From positions 70,242 through 134,241 of the forward strand of contig WOZK01000030.1 in NCBI GenBank assembly GCA_011620275.1: 64,000 nucleotides of DNA, written 5' to 3'. The position numbers and the translations under genes are program-made. This DNA is from Candidatus Omnitrophota bacterium (GTDB taxonomy: Bacteria > Omnitrophota > Gorgyraeia > Gygaellales > Profunditerraquicolaceae). The notes under the pieces were generated by a model, which was not told where the DNA came from, ran no database searches, and was given only the letters and a program-made list of their open reading frames with translations. Positions 63,963-64,000 of the stretch are shown piece after piece (the first letter of the stretch is position 1; every line of letters starts with the position of its first letter).

Positions 63963-64000
63963 CCTCTGCCGCAGACGGACATTGTCCGATTCACCCGGTT

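Noticed and set aside
31223-63914. Dozens of 60-200-aa ORFs on both strands inside the giant gene.
   Set aside because: They are nested in or antisense to a 32.8-kb uninterrupted frame that carries multiple independent domain signatures. None has domain signatures of its own.

Overview
The window is a 64-kb bacterial chromosomal segment with two sharply different halves. Positions 1-31,100 are a dense, mostly minus-strand block of recognisable housekeeping genes: pgk, pilD, aroE, leuA, ilvC-ilvN-ilvB-ilvD, a class II aldolase, pfkA, ahcY, metK, a PTS-Ntr regulatory cluster (ptsI-ptsH-yvcK-ptsN), three tRNAs (Gly-GCC, Leu-TAG, Lys-TTT), frr-pyrH-tsf-rpsB, an MsbA-like ABC exporter, lpxB, rpmA and a PilZ protein. 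The presence of msbA and lpxB implies an LPS-bearing diderm bacterium. From 31,164 to the window edge a single uninterrupted minus-strand ORF of at least 10,932 codons (32.8 kb) runs with no stop codon, and it is still open at position 64000, so its 5' end lies outside the window. By eye its GC content is roughly 10-15 points lower than the housekeeping half. Its translation is a mosaic of enzyme-like modules: a complete L-aspartate oxidase (NadB/SdhA-family) flavoprotein, two xylose-isomerase-like TIM barrels, an arginase/deacetylase-like DAHxD...DxDxxD module, a phosphopantetheine adenylyltransferase (PPAT)-like nucleotidyltransferase, a GNAT-like module, a transglutaminase-like Cys-His-Asp protease core, a HAD phosphatase with DxDxT, and an HExxH motif inside a transmembrane segment. 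Several multi-helix hydrophobic blocks and internal repeats are interspersed. A short 'DGG' motif recurs 37 times, against about 3-4 expected by chance, and it sits at the start of the repeat units that can be aligned (the ~175-aa tandem units and the two MAMHPDEKDGG peptides); the 37-fold recurrence is the main support for reading it as module-boundary punctuation. A membrane-threaded mega-enzyme or polyprotein of this domain composition is not something I recognise, and it is the main candidate for a novel system in this window. No CRISPR array, transposase or integrase was seen.
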